Part shown: positions 26,754 through 35,468 of the stretch, piece by piece
Layout: each line of letters opens with the position of its first letter
How positions within the stretch are numbered: the first letter of the stretch is position 1
DNA from: a virus
Reading direction: 5' to 3' (one strand)
Length of the DNA: 64,000 nt
Virus record (IMG/VR): IMGVR_UViG_3300046458_000091
Location: 18,802-82,801 of that record
Notes under the pieces: model-generated
Seen by the model: only the letters and a program-made list of their open reading frames with translations
The model's database searches: none
Told to the model about the DNA's origin: nothing
Position numbers and translations under genes: made by a program

Positions 26754-28028
26754 TTACTCTTCAGGCAGGCCCAGGCTGGCAGCCGTGACGCCCAGCAGTC
26801 CCGCCCATTTTTGCCCCATCGTCACGACATACGCAGACTCAGACGGCGAAAGGGTCTCAACGGCTTTTATCGCATAGTCGAGCACGCGATGTCCGGCGTT
26901 GGGGGCAATGATACTCATCTTGCTGCCCGGCTCCAGCAGCTGGCCCTCGACGATCTGCGTGCCGACCCATGTGCGCCCCTGGAACGGCTGGCAGTCAATG
27001 ACGATGCCGTCACGGACATACCACTCTGTGAAGTCCTGGCCACGGTCCTCCAGGGAAATGTGCTGCACCAGCACAGGCGCTGCCGGTGTCATGTCGGCGC
27101 TCGCTGCCACATAGGCCGCGTGCTCAAGGAAAACCATGGCCAGCGGGTCCCACTGATCCAACAGCACAAGGTCTTCCTCAGCCATTTCAGCGCGCGGCGT
27201 CAACAAATACCGGCCCAATTCGTCAAAGTGACACGGCAACGGCGTCTTAGTGGCGAACCGATCATAGGAGGCTGGATTCAGGGTTACCCGCCGATCCTTC
27301 ACCGCCTCGACCGCGTGAACGTTGCACTGCGCGCGTAGGTTCAGGAACCGCTTACGGTAGTCGCTTGAATTAGGGCGCTCGCCCAAACGGCTGCGTACCA
27401 GAAGCTTGAGGCCCAGCCGTTCAAGAATCTTGATGAACTGAGCGCCAAGGCCGGACACATCGACCAGCACAGTGCAGTTTTTGTACTCGTTTGCTGTCGC
27501 GGCTACTACGGCGGCCATCTGCAACAGATCATCAGAAAACGAATCCAAAACGCCCGCTACTTCCTCGACACAGCGGGGCTCTTTGGCCATCCGGTCGCCA
27601 TTGCCAAAGACGCGAAACAATGTCGCCACCGTCCGTTCACGCATCACGCCTGCGCCCACAACAACCGAAATCAGGTAGCCGGATGACTCGCCAGGCCTGA
27701 TAACGCTGCCGGGCTCATGTGACAGGCAAGGCTGCAACTCTTCAGGCCTCAACAGGCTGTTGGCGGCTACTGGCTCCTTGGCCTCCACTGCGGCCTCATC
27801 ATCCGCGACCGGCGTGCAGTGATCCAGGCTGACGCAACCGGATTTGCCCTCTAACCAAATCACAGCGGTGCGGCCGCTCAGTACCTGGGCTTCGCTCTTG
27901 GTCCGGCCGCGAAAGGTTTCGCCCTCGCCCACAATTTCCTCATAGGAAACCATGGCGCCCTCTTTGTATTTCGCGTTCCAGGCATCGCAAATGGCTTGCA
28001 GCTCTGGGTTTGCTTTCACTGTTGCCAT
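26754..28028 (-). CDS. Three-part fusion protein containing a degenerate terminase nuclease domain
   Basis: Central region aligns by eye to the C-terminal half of the 57375-58940 terminase. Confidence 0.8.
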   Translation of the reverse strand: MATVKANPELQAICDAWNAKYKEGAMVSYEEIVGEGETFRGRTKSEAQVLSGRTAVIWLEGKSGCVSLDHCTPVADDEAAVEAKEPVAANSLLRPEELQPCLSHEPGSVIRPGESSGYLISVVVGAGVMRERTVATLFRVFGNGDRMAKEPRCVEEVAGVLDSFSDDLLQMAAVVAATANEYKNCTVLVDVSGLGAQFIKILERLGLKLLVRSRLGERPNSSDYRKRFLNLRAQCNVHAVEAVKDRRVTLNPASYDRFATKTPLPCHFDELGRYLLTPRAEMAEEDLVLLDQWDPLAMVFLEHAAYVAASADMTPAAPVLVQHISLEDRGQDFTEWYVRDGIVIDCQPFQGRTWVGTQIVEGQLLEPGSKMSIIAPNAGHRVLDYAIKAVETLSPSESAYVVTMGQKWAGLLGVTAASLGLPEE

Positions 28029-28086
28029 GGGGCTTTTCCTTTCAATCTCTGGGGTGATTGAACGCCGTTGACCGGCGCCTGGGGCA

Positions 28087-28851
28087 TTACTTTTTCGCCG
28101 GAGCGGCCAGCAAAGGCAGAGCCCCGTTTGTAATGGCGAGCTGAAGCTTGGCAGGATCAGAAAAGAACGAATCCATGGTCCGGGCCATCGTACAAATTGC
28201 CGTCAACGATTCAGCAAAGAACCGAGCCGCTTCCTCGGTGTATGGCATCGAATCCAGGGAGGCGTAGTTTTTCTTCGTCGTGCACTTGATGAAGTGATTG
28301 AGACGAAACGCCCACTCCATTCCCTTGAGCGGGCCATGGTTTCCGGTATCTGCGTATTCAAACTCTGTTTTAGTACTGTTGGCGCGCTTATGAGTCACAC
28401 GATCAACGACTTCAGCGAATAGACCAATCCCAAACGGGCCGTGAGTATCTTGACTGAATGACAGGCGATTACCGACCTTCGACCACTGACCATCCTTTGC
28501 ATTGCTGCCGTTTGGATGGATGGACCCGTCTAAGCACTCCCAGTACGAAACCCGCAGATCGATGTCATAAACAATGACCCGCTCCCGCGTTGTTTCAACG
28601 CTAAGGTGTTCCTGCATCAGTTTTTGAACGTGACGCTTTGCTGTATCCAGGTCGCGGTGCTCGACGCGCCAGTTCTTCCGTGGCTTGGTGATGGCGATGT
28701 TCGCCGTTCGGGTGAGTACCACATCTGCCAGTTCGTCCGGGATGACGATGGCAAACACTCCTTGTCCATCTACTGAACATTCGGCCACGAACTCCATGAC
28801 CTCCCCTGTTGCATTCTCATGCCTGAAGGGGATTTTCGGCATACTCGCCAT
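28087..28851 (-). CDS. Hypothetical protein
   Basis: 254-aa ORF in the early accessory operon, somewhat lower GC. Confidence 0.7.
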   Translation of the reverse strand: MASMPKIPFRHENATGEVMEFVAECSVDGQGVFAIVIPDELADVVLTRTANIAITKPRKNWRVEHRDLDTAKRHVQKLMQEHLSVETTRERVIVYDIDLRVSYWECLDGSIHPNGSNAKDGQWSKVGNRLSFSQDTHGPFGIGLFAEVVDRVTHKRANSTKTEFEYADTGNHGPLKGMEWAFRLNHFIKCTTKKNYASLDSMPYTEEAARFFAESLTAICTMARTMDSFFSDPAKLQLAITNGALPLLAAPAKK

Positions 28852-28926
28852 AATTGGTACTCTCGCAGGTAGTTGTTACTGGAAAAGCCCCAATTAAGGG
28901 GCTTTACAGGGTATATCGGCTGGCGC

Positions 28927-29340
28927 TCAGCGCTTGAAGGCCTCAGCGGCGTGCAGCTCGGCCAGATCCTTGCGTACGGCAGCGATATAGCGAGGATTGT
29001 CAGGATGGGTTGCAATCAGCCGTTCATATTCGGCGCGTTCGTGAGCCATGTGGGCCTTGGCGAATTCCAGCGCCATCGCGTGGGCCTCTTCGTCGGCCAG
29101 ATCGGGCAAGGTGATGGCGGTGCGCTGGCGCGTAATTTCTGCTCCAGCCCAAACTTGTGTCCAAGTGACGTCAGCACCTGGATGGAAGTGGCGACCCATC
29201 ATCACGCCGGTATCTGCATTCACCAGCGTCATCTGCTTAACGCCACACGACATAACCACTGCGCGGGTATAGCTCCAGGTGCCTTTGCTGTCCCAGTCGC
29301 TGAAGTGGATAACAATCTGTCCTTTCTTGAACGCTTTCAT
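28927..29340 (-). CDS. Hypothetical protein
   Basis: Start at MKAFKKG with purine-rich RBS. Confidence 0.65.
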   Translation of the reverse strand: MKAFKKGQIVIHFSDWDSKGTWSYTRAVVMSCGVKQMTLVNADTGVMMGRHFHPGADVTWTQVWAGAEITRQRTAITLPDLADEEAHAMALEFAKAHMAHERAEYERLIATHPDNPRYIAAVRKDLAELHAAEAFKR

Positions 29341-29431
29341 GCTTGCTTCCCCGCTGATGGTGTCCGGCAGCCCTGCTGAGCCCTGTACTGGCAAAGCCCC
29401 AGTTAAGGGGCTGACGCATCTGACCTGTCGG

Positions 29432-29848
29432 TTACCGAAGGCCAACCAGCTTTGCCAGGCTGACCTGCTGTTCTTTGATCCATTCGTCACGCTTGCCGCC
29501 GTTGACTTCCTCCACCACCACCTGCCAATCGGTTGATGCTCTCCACTTGCGGGCCACGGCATCAGCGCCAACCGCACTGCTCGACCAGCCGACATAACCC
29601 CATTCCGACTCAGTAGGCTTTTTGAACAGGACGATATGGGTGTAAGCGTTTTTGCTGTTACGGGTTACGAGCTGGCCGCCTGGCAGCATGTGGGTGAACA
29701 AGGTGGGCTTGACCTTTGGGGCTTCTACCTTTGTGTAATGAACGTCGTAGTAGCCAGTGCCTGCGTACTCAATGCGGGTTTCGCCAACGCACTTATCAGC
29801 GAATTTCTTGGCAGACTTCTGATTTGCGCAGCGTTTGGTGGCGTTCAT
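29432..29848 (-). CDS. Hypothetical protein, candidate anti-defence
   Basis: Start at MNATKR with GGAG RBS; first gene behind promoter copy 2. Confidence 0.65.
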   Translation of the reverse strand: MNATKRCANQKSAKKFADKCVGETRIEYAGTGYYDVHYTKVEAPKVKPTLFTHMLPGGQLVTRNSKNAYTHIVLFKKPTESEWGYVGWSSSAVGADAVARKWRASTDWQVVVEEVNGGKRDEWIKEQQVSLAKLVGLR

Positions 29849-29884
29849 TTCAGCTTGCTCCGGCGTTGTCCGTTTCGATGGGCT

Positions 29885-29927
29885 CAATATAGGTAATATT
29901 TACCTAAAGTACAAGCTTTTATTCAGG
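29885..29927 (-). promoter_or_regulatory. Sigma70 promoter with palindromic operator (copy 2)
   Basis: 42/43 identical to 25639-25681. Confidence 0.85.
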
Positions 29928-29977
29928 TCAACAAAAAGCCCGCACGCGGCGGGCTTCGTCATCATCTTGCCGAACAG

Positions 29978-32005
29978 TCAGAAAGTGCCAGCCGTGGCCT
30001 TGAGCGCATAGGTGGCATAGGCGTCTGAGGCCTCGATAAACAGCTCTCGCAGCTCGCCCTCCCCGTAGGCTGCATAGATGCGTTCCATCTCCTTGAGCAC
30101 GTCCGCAGGCGCGCCCAGATCGGTGGAACCTTCAATGATGCTGTCCAGGTACTCTTTTGCCTTCTGCACTTGCTCATCCTCGGTTGGGTCTGGTGGTGGT
30201 TGTACCGCTTCAGGTTGCGGCGGTGGTTGATCGGTCTCCGGCTCCGACGTTGCCGCCTGGCGCACGGCTTCGGCCGCCTCCTGGGGCGTCTTGCCATCGG
30301 CGAACAGCTGGCCGGTCAATGCTTCTTGAGTCATGGCCACGGCCTGGGCGTCACCATCGGACGCCTCCAGCAGTTCGGCCAGGGTCTGGATAAAGGCCTC
30401 ATCCCACGCCGGGCGCAGCAACACAGGCGCGGGCTCTGGCACTTCAGGTGCAGTCTGTTGCTGATCGGCCAGGGCTTTGGCGTCCGCTTCTGCCTTCGCA
30501 TCCACAGCGGCCAGCCCAGCGCCATCCGTACCGGCCTTGGCCGCCCGCACCAGCGCCCCGCCCACGTCGGCCATGATTTCGGCCTTGGTGACGGCTGCCG
30601 CGTCCAGCTTGAACCCGGCCTTGGTCAGCAGCTCGCGCAGGTCATCCTGGCTGTCGATGCCCTCAATCACCTTGAGCGCGGCGTCGATATCGCCAGCCTT
30701 CAGGCCGTCCGTGAATTTGGCCAGGTCGTCGCGGGTATCTTCCGGTGGCGGTGGCTCGGGGAATAAGCCCGGCTCACCACCTGGCGGCGTGGCCTTTTTC
30801 TTCTCCAGCTGGGCGGTCAGGTCAACAATCTGAGCGTCCAGGTCGGCCAACTGGGCGGTTTTGCTGTCTACGGCCGCCTTCGCCTCAGCCAGCGCCGCGT
30901 CGTCAGCGGCCTTGTTCTCGTTGGCCTTACCGAACTTCGCGCTGTTCTTCTGCACCAGCGCCATGATGCGCCGGGCAACGATACGCGGGTTCAGATCCTG
31001 GCCGCGCTCGGGCGCCACGGTGGCGGTAATGTCCCGCTTGTTCAGTACCCATTTCCAGCTGATCAGTTCATCACTGGCCATGAGCTTGTTCGGCGTGCTG
31101 TCCGGGTTGTGGAAGAACACCGACACGCTCTGGCCGTCATCCATGGAGAACAGCATGCCCACCTGGGTGGTGCCACGGCTCTTGAATGGCTTGCTGACAT
31201 CGACGCTTTCCGCCTTCACGTCGCCGCCCACGTTCTGCATCACGCGCAGCAGCTGGGAGGCCTTGCGGTCGAACTGCTTGTACTCGATCACCATGGCATC
31301 CAGCATGCCGTCGTCGCTCAACTCCTGGGCGATGTCATCCATGGTGGCGCTGTCCATCATCAGGCTGTCGGCGTCATTGCGGCGCAGCTCGTACAGCAGG
31401 TCCGCTACGGTGGTGTCTACCGGCAGGTTGTCGGCGCCCCAGCGCGCGAATACGTCAGTCATGCTCAAGGTCTCATCTTTGGGGATATTGGGGAGGTCGG
31501 CGCTCAGTGGCTGGCTGAGGTCGCCATGCTTGAGCCAGTACTTGAACTGGGTGACGGTGCAGGCAGTCATGCTGCCCAGGCCTTGCCACCCGCGTTCATA
31601 GGAATTCATGTAGGCGTTGCGGGCCTGTTCCTCATCCATGAACCCAAGCATTACCTTGTGCTCATCAAACGAGCCGTCAGCGGCATTCTGGTTGACCACG
31701 TACACGGCCTGGCTCTCTGGCGCCGGGCCAACGTAGATGTCCACCGCGTCACCGTCCGCGCCCTTGGTGCCGTTCACATACCCGTAATGCGCCATACAGG
31801 TGATTGACCACGCCTTACCGTCGCTCTTGCCACGGCGCGGCTGGTGCATCGGTGTCTCGATGGTGATGCGCATCCCGTGGAGCTGCGTGGAGCCCTTGGC
31901 ATAGTTACCGGCCCGGATCTGCTCCGGCGTCGGTTCAGCGGTTGACCCCAAGCCGAACGCGCCCGCGTGTGCGGCACTTTGAAGATTGCTAAAAATGTCG
32001 GTCAT
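29978..32005 (-). CDS. darA: DarA-like antirestriction virion protein fused to an N-terminal inorganic pyrophosphatase-like domain
   Basis: GNYAKG...HYGY..GT.GADGD.VD...FDEHKVMLGF; DGQSVSVFFHNPD...WKWVLNKRDITATVAPE; helical C-terminus. Confidence 0.8.
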   Translation of the reverse strand: MTDIFSNLQSAAHAGAFGLGSTAEPTPEQIRAGNYAKGSTQLHGMRITIETPMHQPRRGKSDGKAWSITCMAHYGYVNGTKGADGDAVDIYVGPAPESQAVYVVNQNAADGSFDEHKVMLGFMDEEQARNAYMNSYERGWQGLGSMTACTVTQFKYWLKHGDLSQPLSADLPNIPKDETLSMTDVFARWGADNLPVDTTVADLLYELRRNDADSLMMDSATMDDIAQELSDDGMLDAMVIEYKQFDRKASQLLRVMQNVGGDVKAESVDVSKPFKSRGTTQVGMLFSMDDGQSVSVFFHNPDSTPNKLMASDELISWKWVLNKRDITATVAPERGQDLNPRIVARRIMALVQKNSAKFGKANENKAADDAALAEAKAAVDSKTAQLADLDAQIVDLTAQLEKKKATPPGGEPGLFPEPPPPEDTRDDLAKFTDGLKAGDIDAALKVIEGIDSQDDLRELLTKAGFKLDAAAVTKAEIMADVGGALVRAAKAGTDGAGLAAVDAKAEADAKALADQQQTAPEVPEPAPVLLRPAWDEAFIQTLAELLEASDGDAQAVAMTQEALTGQLFADGKTPQEAAEAVRQAATSEPETDQPPPQPEAVQPPPDPTEDEQVQKAKEYLDSIIEGSTDLGAPADVLKEMERIYAAYGEGELRELFIEASDAYATYALKATAGTF

Positions 32006-32134
32006 CGGACCCGCTCCATCCTAAAGCCGCAACGATACCGCTGCATTCCCTGCCCTACCCCCGAGGGTTTGCGCCGAATCACAGGCACAAAAAAGGGCGC
32101 CACGCAGCGCCCTGGGGTGCTTCGTCAGCTTGGA

Positions 32135-32431
32135 TCAGATCGACAACGGTGCTTCGTCGATCAGAGCGCCAATGATTTCCGACATCGTGCGGCCACGGTC
32201 AGCCGCCAGGAAGCGCAGTTTCTTTTTCTGCGCCGCACTGATGTACGTCTGGATACGCTCTTTGGCCCCCAGCTCCTTGACGCCTTGGTCTTTAACTTCC
32301 TTCACAGCCGACAAGGCCTTGGTGGCCACGGCGCCCAGAGCAGGCGCGGCGGGCTTTTTCTCGGGCGCGATTGCTGGCGTAGCGGGGGCGGGGGTCGGCT
32401 TGGAACGGTCTCGCAGTTTGATTCCGGTCAT
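32135..32431 (-). CDS. ParG-like ribbon-helix-helix partition protein
   Basis: ERIQTYISAAQKKKLRFLAADRGRTMSEIIGALID, downstream of parA. Confidence 0.8.
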   Translation of the reverse strand: MTGIKLRDRSKPTPAPATPAIAPEKKPAAPALGAVATKALSAVKEVKDQGVKELGAKERIQTYISAAQKKKLRFLAADRGRTMSEIIGALIDEAPLSI

Positions 32432-32446
32432 GACTCACCTGATAAA

Positions 32447-32496
32447 TTAGAGTTAAGAAGTTAAACACACTTTAACTCATTAACTCTTTTAACTCC
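32447..32496. repeat. Octamer array between parA and the RHH gene
   Basis: ttagagttaagaagttaa...tttaactcattaactctttaactcc. Confidence 0.75.
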
Positions 32497-32499
32497 AAA

Positions 32500-33147
32500 T
32501 CACCGACCCAGCAGGGCCAGCACCTCAGCTTTCAGCTGACGCAGCTCGGATGCCGCAGCACAACGCGGGCGAGTATCCAGGGGCGTGCGGCCAATGGCTT
32601 GGGCCTTGGGGTGTTCCTGGCGAAAAGTGAGTGCGGTCTTCAGAACTGGGAGGTTGTAGCCCGCCAACGTTTCGGCAACCGTGTTGCTTAGGGTGGCGCC
32701 CTTAACTGAGCGCGTAATCAGGAAAACCGCCTGTAGCGTCTTGCCTGTGCCTTCCAGTTCCGCCTGCCGGGCTTCGATCATGTCCACCAGATCAGCGCAC
32801 GCCCACACGTCAAAGGGCGCAGGGGACACGGGGATAATCACCAGATCAGCAACCGCCAGCGTCAATTGAGTGAGTTTTGCCGCCTTGGCCAGGCCGTCAA
32901 CAATCACCAGATCGTTGTGCAGCTTGGGGATTTCAGCGACCAGCTGGGACTGCTTGATAGAGAACACGGTCATTGGCTGCTCTTCGTGCGCCTCGCTCCA
33001 CTCACGCAGGCTGCCCTGTACGTCCGAATCGACCAGAACCACGTCCAGGCCATCCAGCGCCATGGCGCGGCCCAGGCCCGTGACTGTGGTGGTTTTGCCT
33101 GCGCCGCCCTTGGGGTTCAACACCGCCATTACCGTCATCTGAAACAT
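32500..33147 (-). CDS. parA: Walker-type partition ATPase (short, type Ib)
   Basis: NPKGGAGKTT, LVDSDVQGS, ADLVIIPVSP; no N-terminal HTH. Confidence 0.93.
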   Translation of the reverse strand: MFQMTVMAVLNPKGGAGKTTTVTGLGRAMALDGLDVVLVDSDVQGSLREWSEAHEEQPMTVFSIKQSQLVAEIPKLHNDLVIVDGLAKAAKLTQLTLAVADLVIIPVSPAPFDVWACADLVDMIEARQAELEGTGKTLQAVFLITRSVKGATLSNTVAETLAGYNLPVLKTALTFRQEHPKAQAIGRTPLDTRPRCAAASELRQLKAEVLALLGR

Positions 33148-33175
33148 CCTTTTGATATATGGGTTCGGCGCAGTG

Positions 33176-33246
33176 TAACTCTAAAACTCTAAAACTCAAT
33201 ACCTCTAAAACTCCTTAACTCATAAACTCTAAAACTCTTTAACTCC
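33176..33246. repeat. Centromere/operator-like tandem octamers upstream of parA
   Basis: About 9 tandem 8-mers TWWAACTC-like. Confidence 0.8.
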
Positions 33247-33298
33247 AGACAGGCACAAAAAAGCCCCGGAATACGGGGCTTCGGGGCACAGCGGATGC

Positions 33299-33562
33299 TT
33301 ACCGACTGACGATTCGTCTGTCCAAATCCGGCGCGACTTTCTTCGGGCATGGCTTGGATGGGTCTTTGGGCCAGGACCCATCGGCGACCATCTCACAATA
33401 AAACTTCTGATCAGAGACCGCCTGATCGTAGTCGCTGCCGCCGACCCAGCCACAGAGGGCCAGGTACAAACCAGCGACCACAAGGGCAGAGATCCCCACA
33501 ACCTTACGATTAATCCTCAGTTCTTCCGTCGTCATGTCTTCACACCTTTGAGTGGTTGTCAT
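33299..33562 (-). CDS. Small membrane protein
   Basis: Single hydrophobic helix, then DY......YCEMV..G.WP. Confidence 0.6.
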   Translation of the reverse strand: MTTTQRCEDMTTEELRINRKVVGISALVVAGLYLALCGWVGGSDYDQAVSDQKFYCEMVADGSWPKDPSKPCPKKVAPDLDRRIVSR

Positions 33563-33647
33563 AAGCTGACGGAGCGAACATTATCATTTTGTTTATTTTA
33601 CGCAACTACAAAACATCATTTTGATGTATTTAATCGGAGACAGCACG

Positions 33648-34130
33648 ATGTCAGATACCCCGGCAGGGATGAAAATAATGGTCACGGTAGGCGGTTACGG
33701 TGGCGCAGGTGCTGAGCCGATCACCCTCACAGCCTTTAAAAACAATGCATTAGGGACGACGGTCATCCTGGGCAAGGTTGGGTATAGGGATATACCAGAC
33801 GAAGGCTTTGCCTTTGTCACGAATCTGCGCCTGGCGAACTACGACAGTCTGTTCCGGGACGAAGACATGGGCGCCGCCATCGTGGCGTTCAAAGAGGGCG
33901 AAGGGATGGGCACGATCCTGTTCGACGACGAAGCGATGAAGTACCGCCCCCGGATCGAAATCGACGGCGTGGACACGAAGGGTCAGAAATACCGGCTGGG
34001 CGGGGATATGACGAACGGGGAGATTGCTGTGCTGGCGCTGGCGCATTTCCTCTCGCGCCAGCGCTCCATGAGTGCCGTCTTCAACATGAGCGACGAACTC
34101 ATGCGGGTGTATCAGATCAGGTCGATTTAG
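33648..34130 (+). CDS. Hypothetical protein
   Basis: GGAG RBS; isolated plus-strand gene with AT-rich upstream region. Confidence 0.65.
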   Translation: MSDTPAGMKIMVTVGGYGGAGAEPITLTAFKNNALGTTVILGKVGYRDIPDEGFAFVTNLRLANYDSLFRDEDMGAAIVAFKEGEGMGTILFDDEAMKYRPRIEIDGVDTKGQKYRLGGDMTNGEIAVLALAHFLSRQRSMSAVFNMSDELMRVYQIRSI

Positions 34131-35338
34131 TCCTGGGCAGCGAAAGGGACCCCATACGGGTCGTACCCGGCATCCTCAAGCGCTGACCGGCCAGCATTCG
34201 TGAGCATATACAGACCCTCGGTGGTCTCCACCAGACCCAGCGCCAGCAGCTGAGCCAGCGCAGCCTGATCCTTGATTTCTTCAGCGTCGGCGGCCGAAAT
34301 CACAGCGATGCTGACCAGCTCAGCCAGACCGGCGTCACTCAGACCCGTGTCGGCGCTGTCCAGCATCGCAATGGCGGTCTTGAACGACAGCGCAAGGTTG
34401 CGCTCCAGGGCGGCCTGATCAAGGTTGCCCTCAGATTCGTTGATTGGGGCGTTGTTCTCCACCACGGCCAGGGCCTGGCGCAGCTGCTCGACAGCGCCAG
34501 CGGTGGCCAGGCTATCCAGCATCACCGGATCTGCCGTGACGATATCCCGCGCCGCGACGTAGGCCGCAGCCACCACCAGTTCAGCCGGTTGCTCTGGTAC
34601 GTCCGCGACCTGGCCCCCGTCGATGCTATCCAGGAGCGCCGCCGCAGCCTTACCGGCAGCATTGAGCACGTTCGCCCCTTCGTCGGTGTAGCGGTCAACC
34701 CAGCCCAACTCAATCAGGTCATCACGCCCCGCCTTGCTGGGAATGTCCCCGTCATCCAACGGCCCCATCTCTGCCAAGGCGCGCAACACGTCCTTGGCCG
34801 CATCGTTCAGTTCTGCCGGTGCCTTCGCCTGCGGCTCCATACTGTCGGTCATGGCGCCCAGCTGCTGCTGGAGATCGGCCACGGTCGCTGCACGGTCGGC
34901 AATCTGGGTGTCCAGCTGCGCCAGGCGCTCCGCGTAGACCTGGGACTGTTTGGGCTTCGTCGTGCGCATGCCCCGGGGCAGCTCAATCTGTTTGCGCGCC
35001 TGGGCCTTCTGGAATGCAGCTTGGTTTCGCTCAGCCAGGGCCGCGATTTCAGCCACGGCCGCCGCGCTGTCGGTCTGGTTCTTCAGTGGCACCGCGTTGC
35101 CGTTCAGCGTGACCTGGAAGATATCGCCGGTAGCATTCACACGCAGCACCACCACCTGGCCGCTCGCCAGCGTCAAGGTGGCCTCGCGGTAGGTCACGCC
35201 CGATACGCGGCGCTTCTTGTCGTTGAACTCATACCCGGCCACGGCCTGGCCTGCTCTGATCATCAGTTGGCTGACTTTCTTGAGGGCCTTGTCTGCGGCC
35301 TGTGCGCTGGAGAAATCAAGCGTATTCGTTGCTGGCAT
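34127..35338 (-). CDS. Hdf-like (DarA N-terminal domain) virion protein
   Basis: KRRVSGV...LASGQ.V.LRVN.TGDIFQV.LNG..VP; several MLDS motifs; late promoter. Confidence 0.75.
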   Translation of the reverse strand: MPATNTLDFSSAQAADKALKKVSQLMIRAGQAVAGYEFNDKKRRVSGVTYREATLTLASGQVVVLRVNATGDIFQVTLNGNAVPLKNQTDSAAAVAEIAALAERNQAAFQKAQARKQIELPRGMRTTKPKQSQVYAERLAQLDTQIADRAATVADLQQQLGAMTDSMEPQAKAPAELNDAAKDVLRALAEMGPLDDGDIPSKAGRDDLIELGWVDRYTDEGANVLNAAGKAAAALLDSIDGGQVADVPEQPAELVVAAAYVAARDIVTADPVMLDSLATAGAVEQLRQALAVVENNAPINESEGNLDQAALERNLALSFKTAIAMLDSADTGLSDAGLAELVSIAVISAADAEEIKDQAALAQLLALGLVETTEGLYMLTNAGRSALEDAGYDPYGVPFAAQD

Positions 35339-35468
35339 GGCTGCCCCCGATTATTGAAAACAATGGCGTTCATTGTGACCCATCGGTAGGCACTCCCTGT
35401 TTTTGGCTTTGCGTCGTCCTGCACGCCGCACAATCACCACCGGCAAGGTGCCACGGGCTACCGGCACG

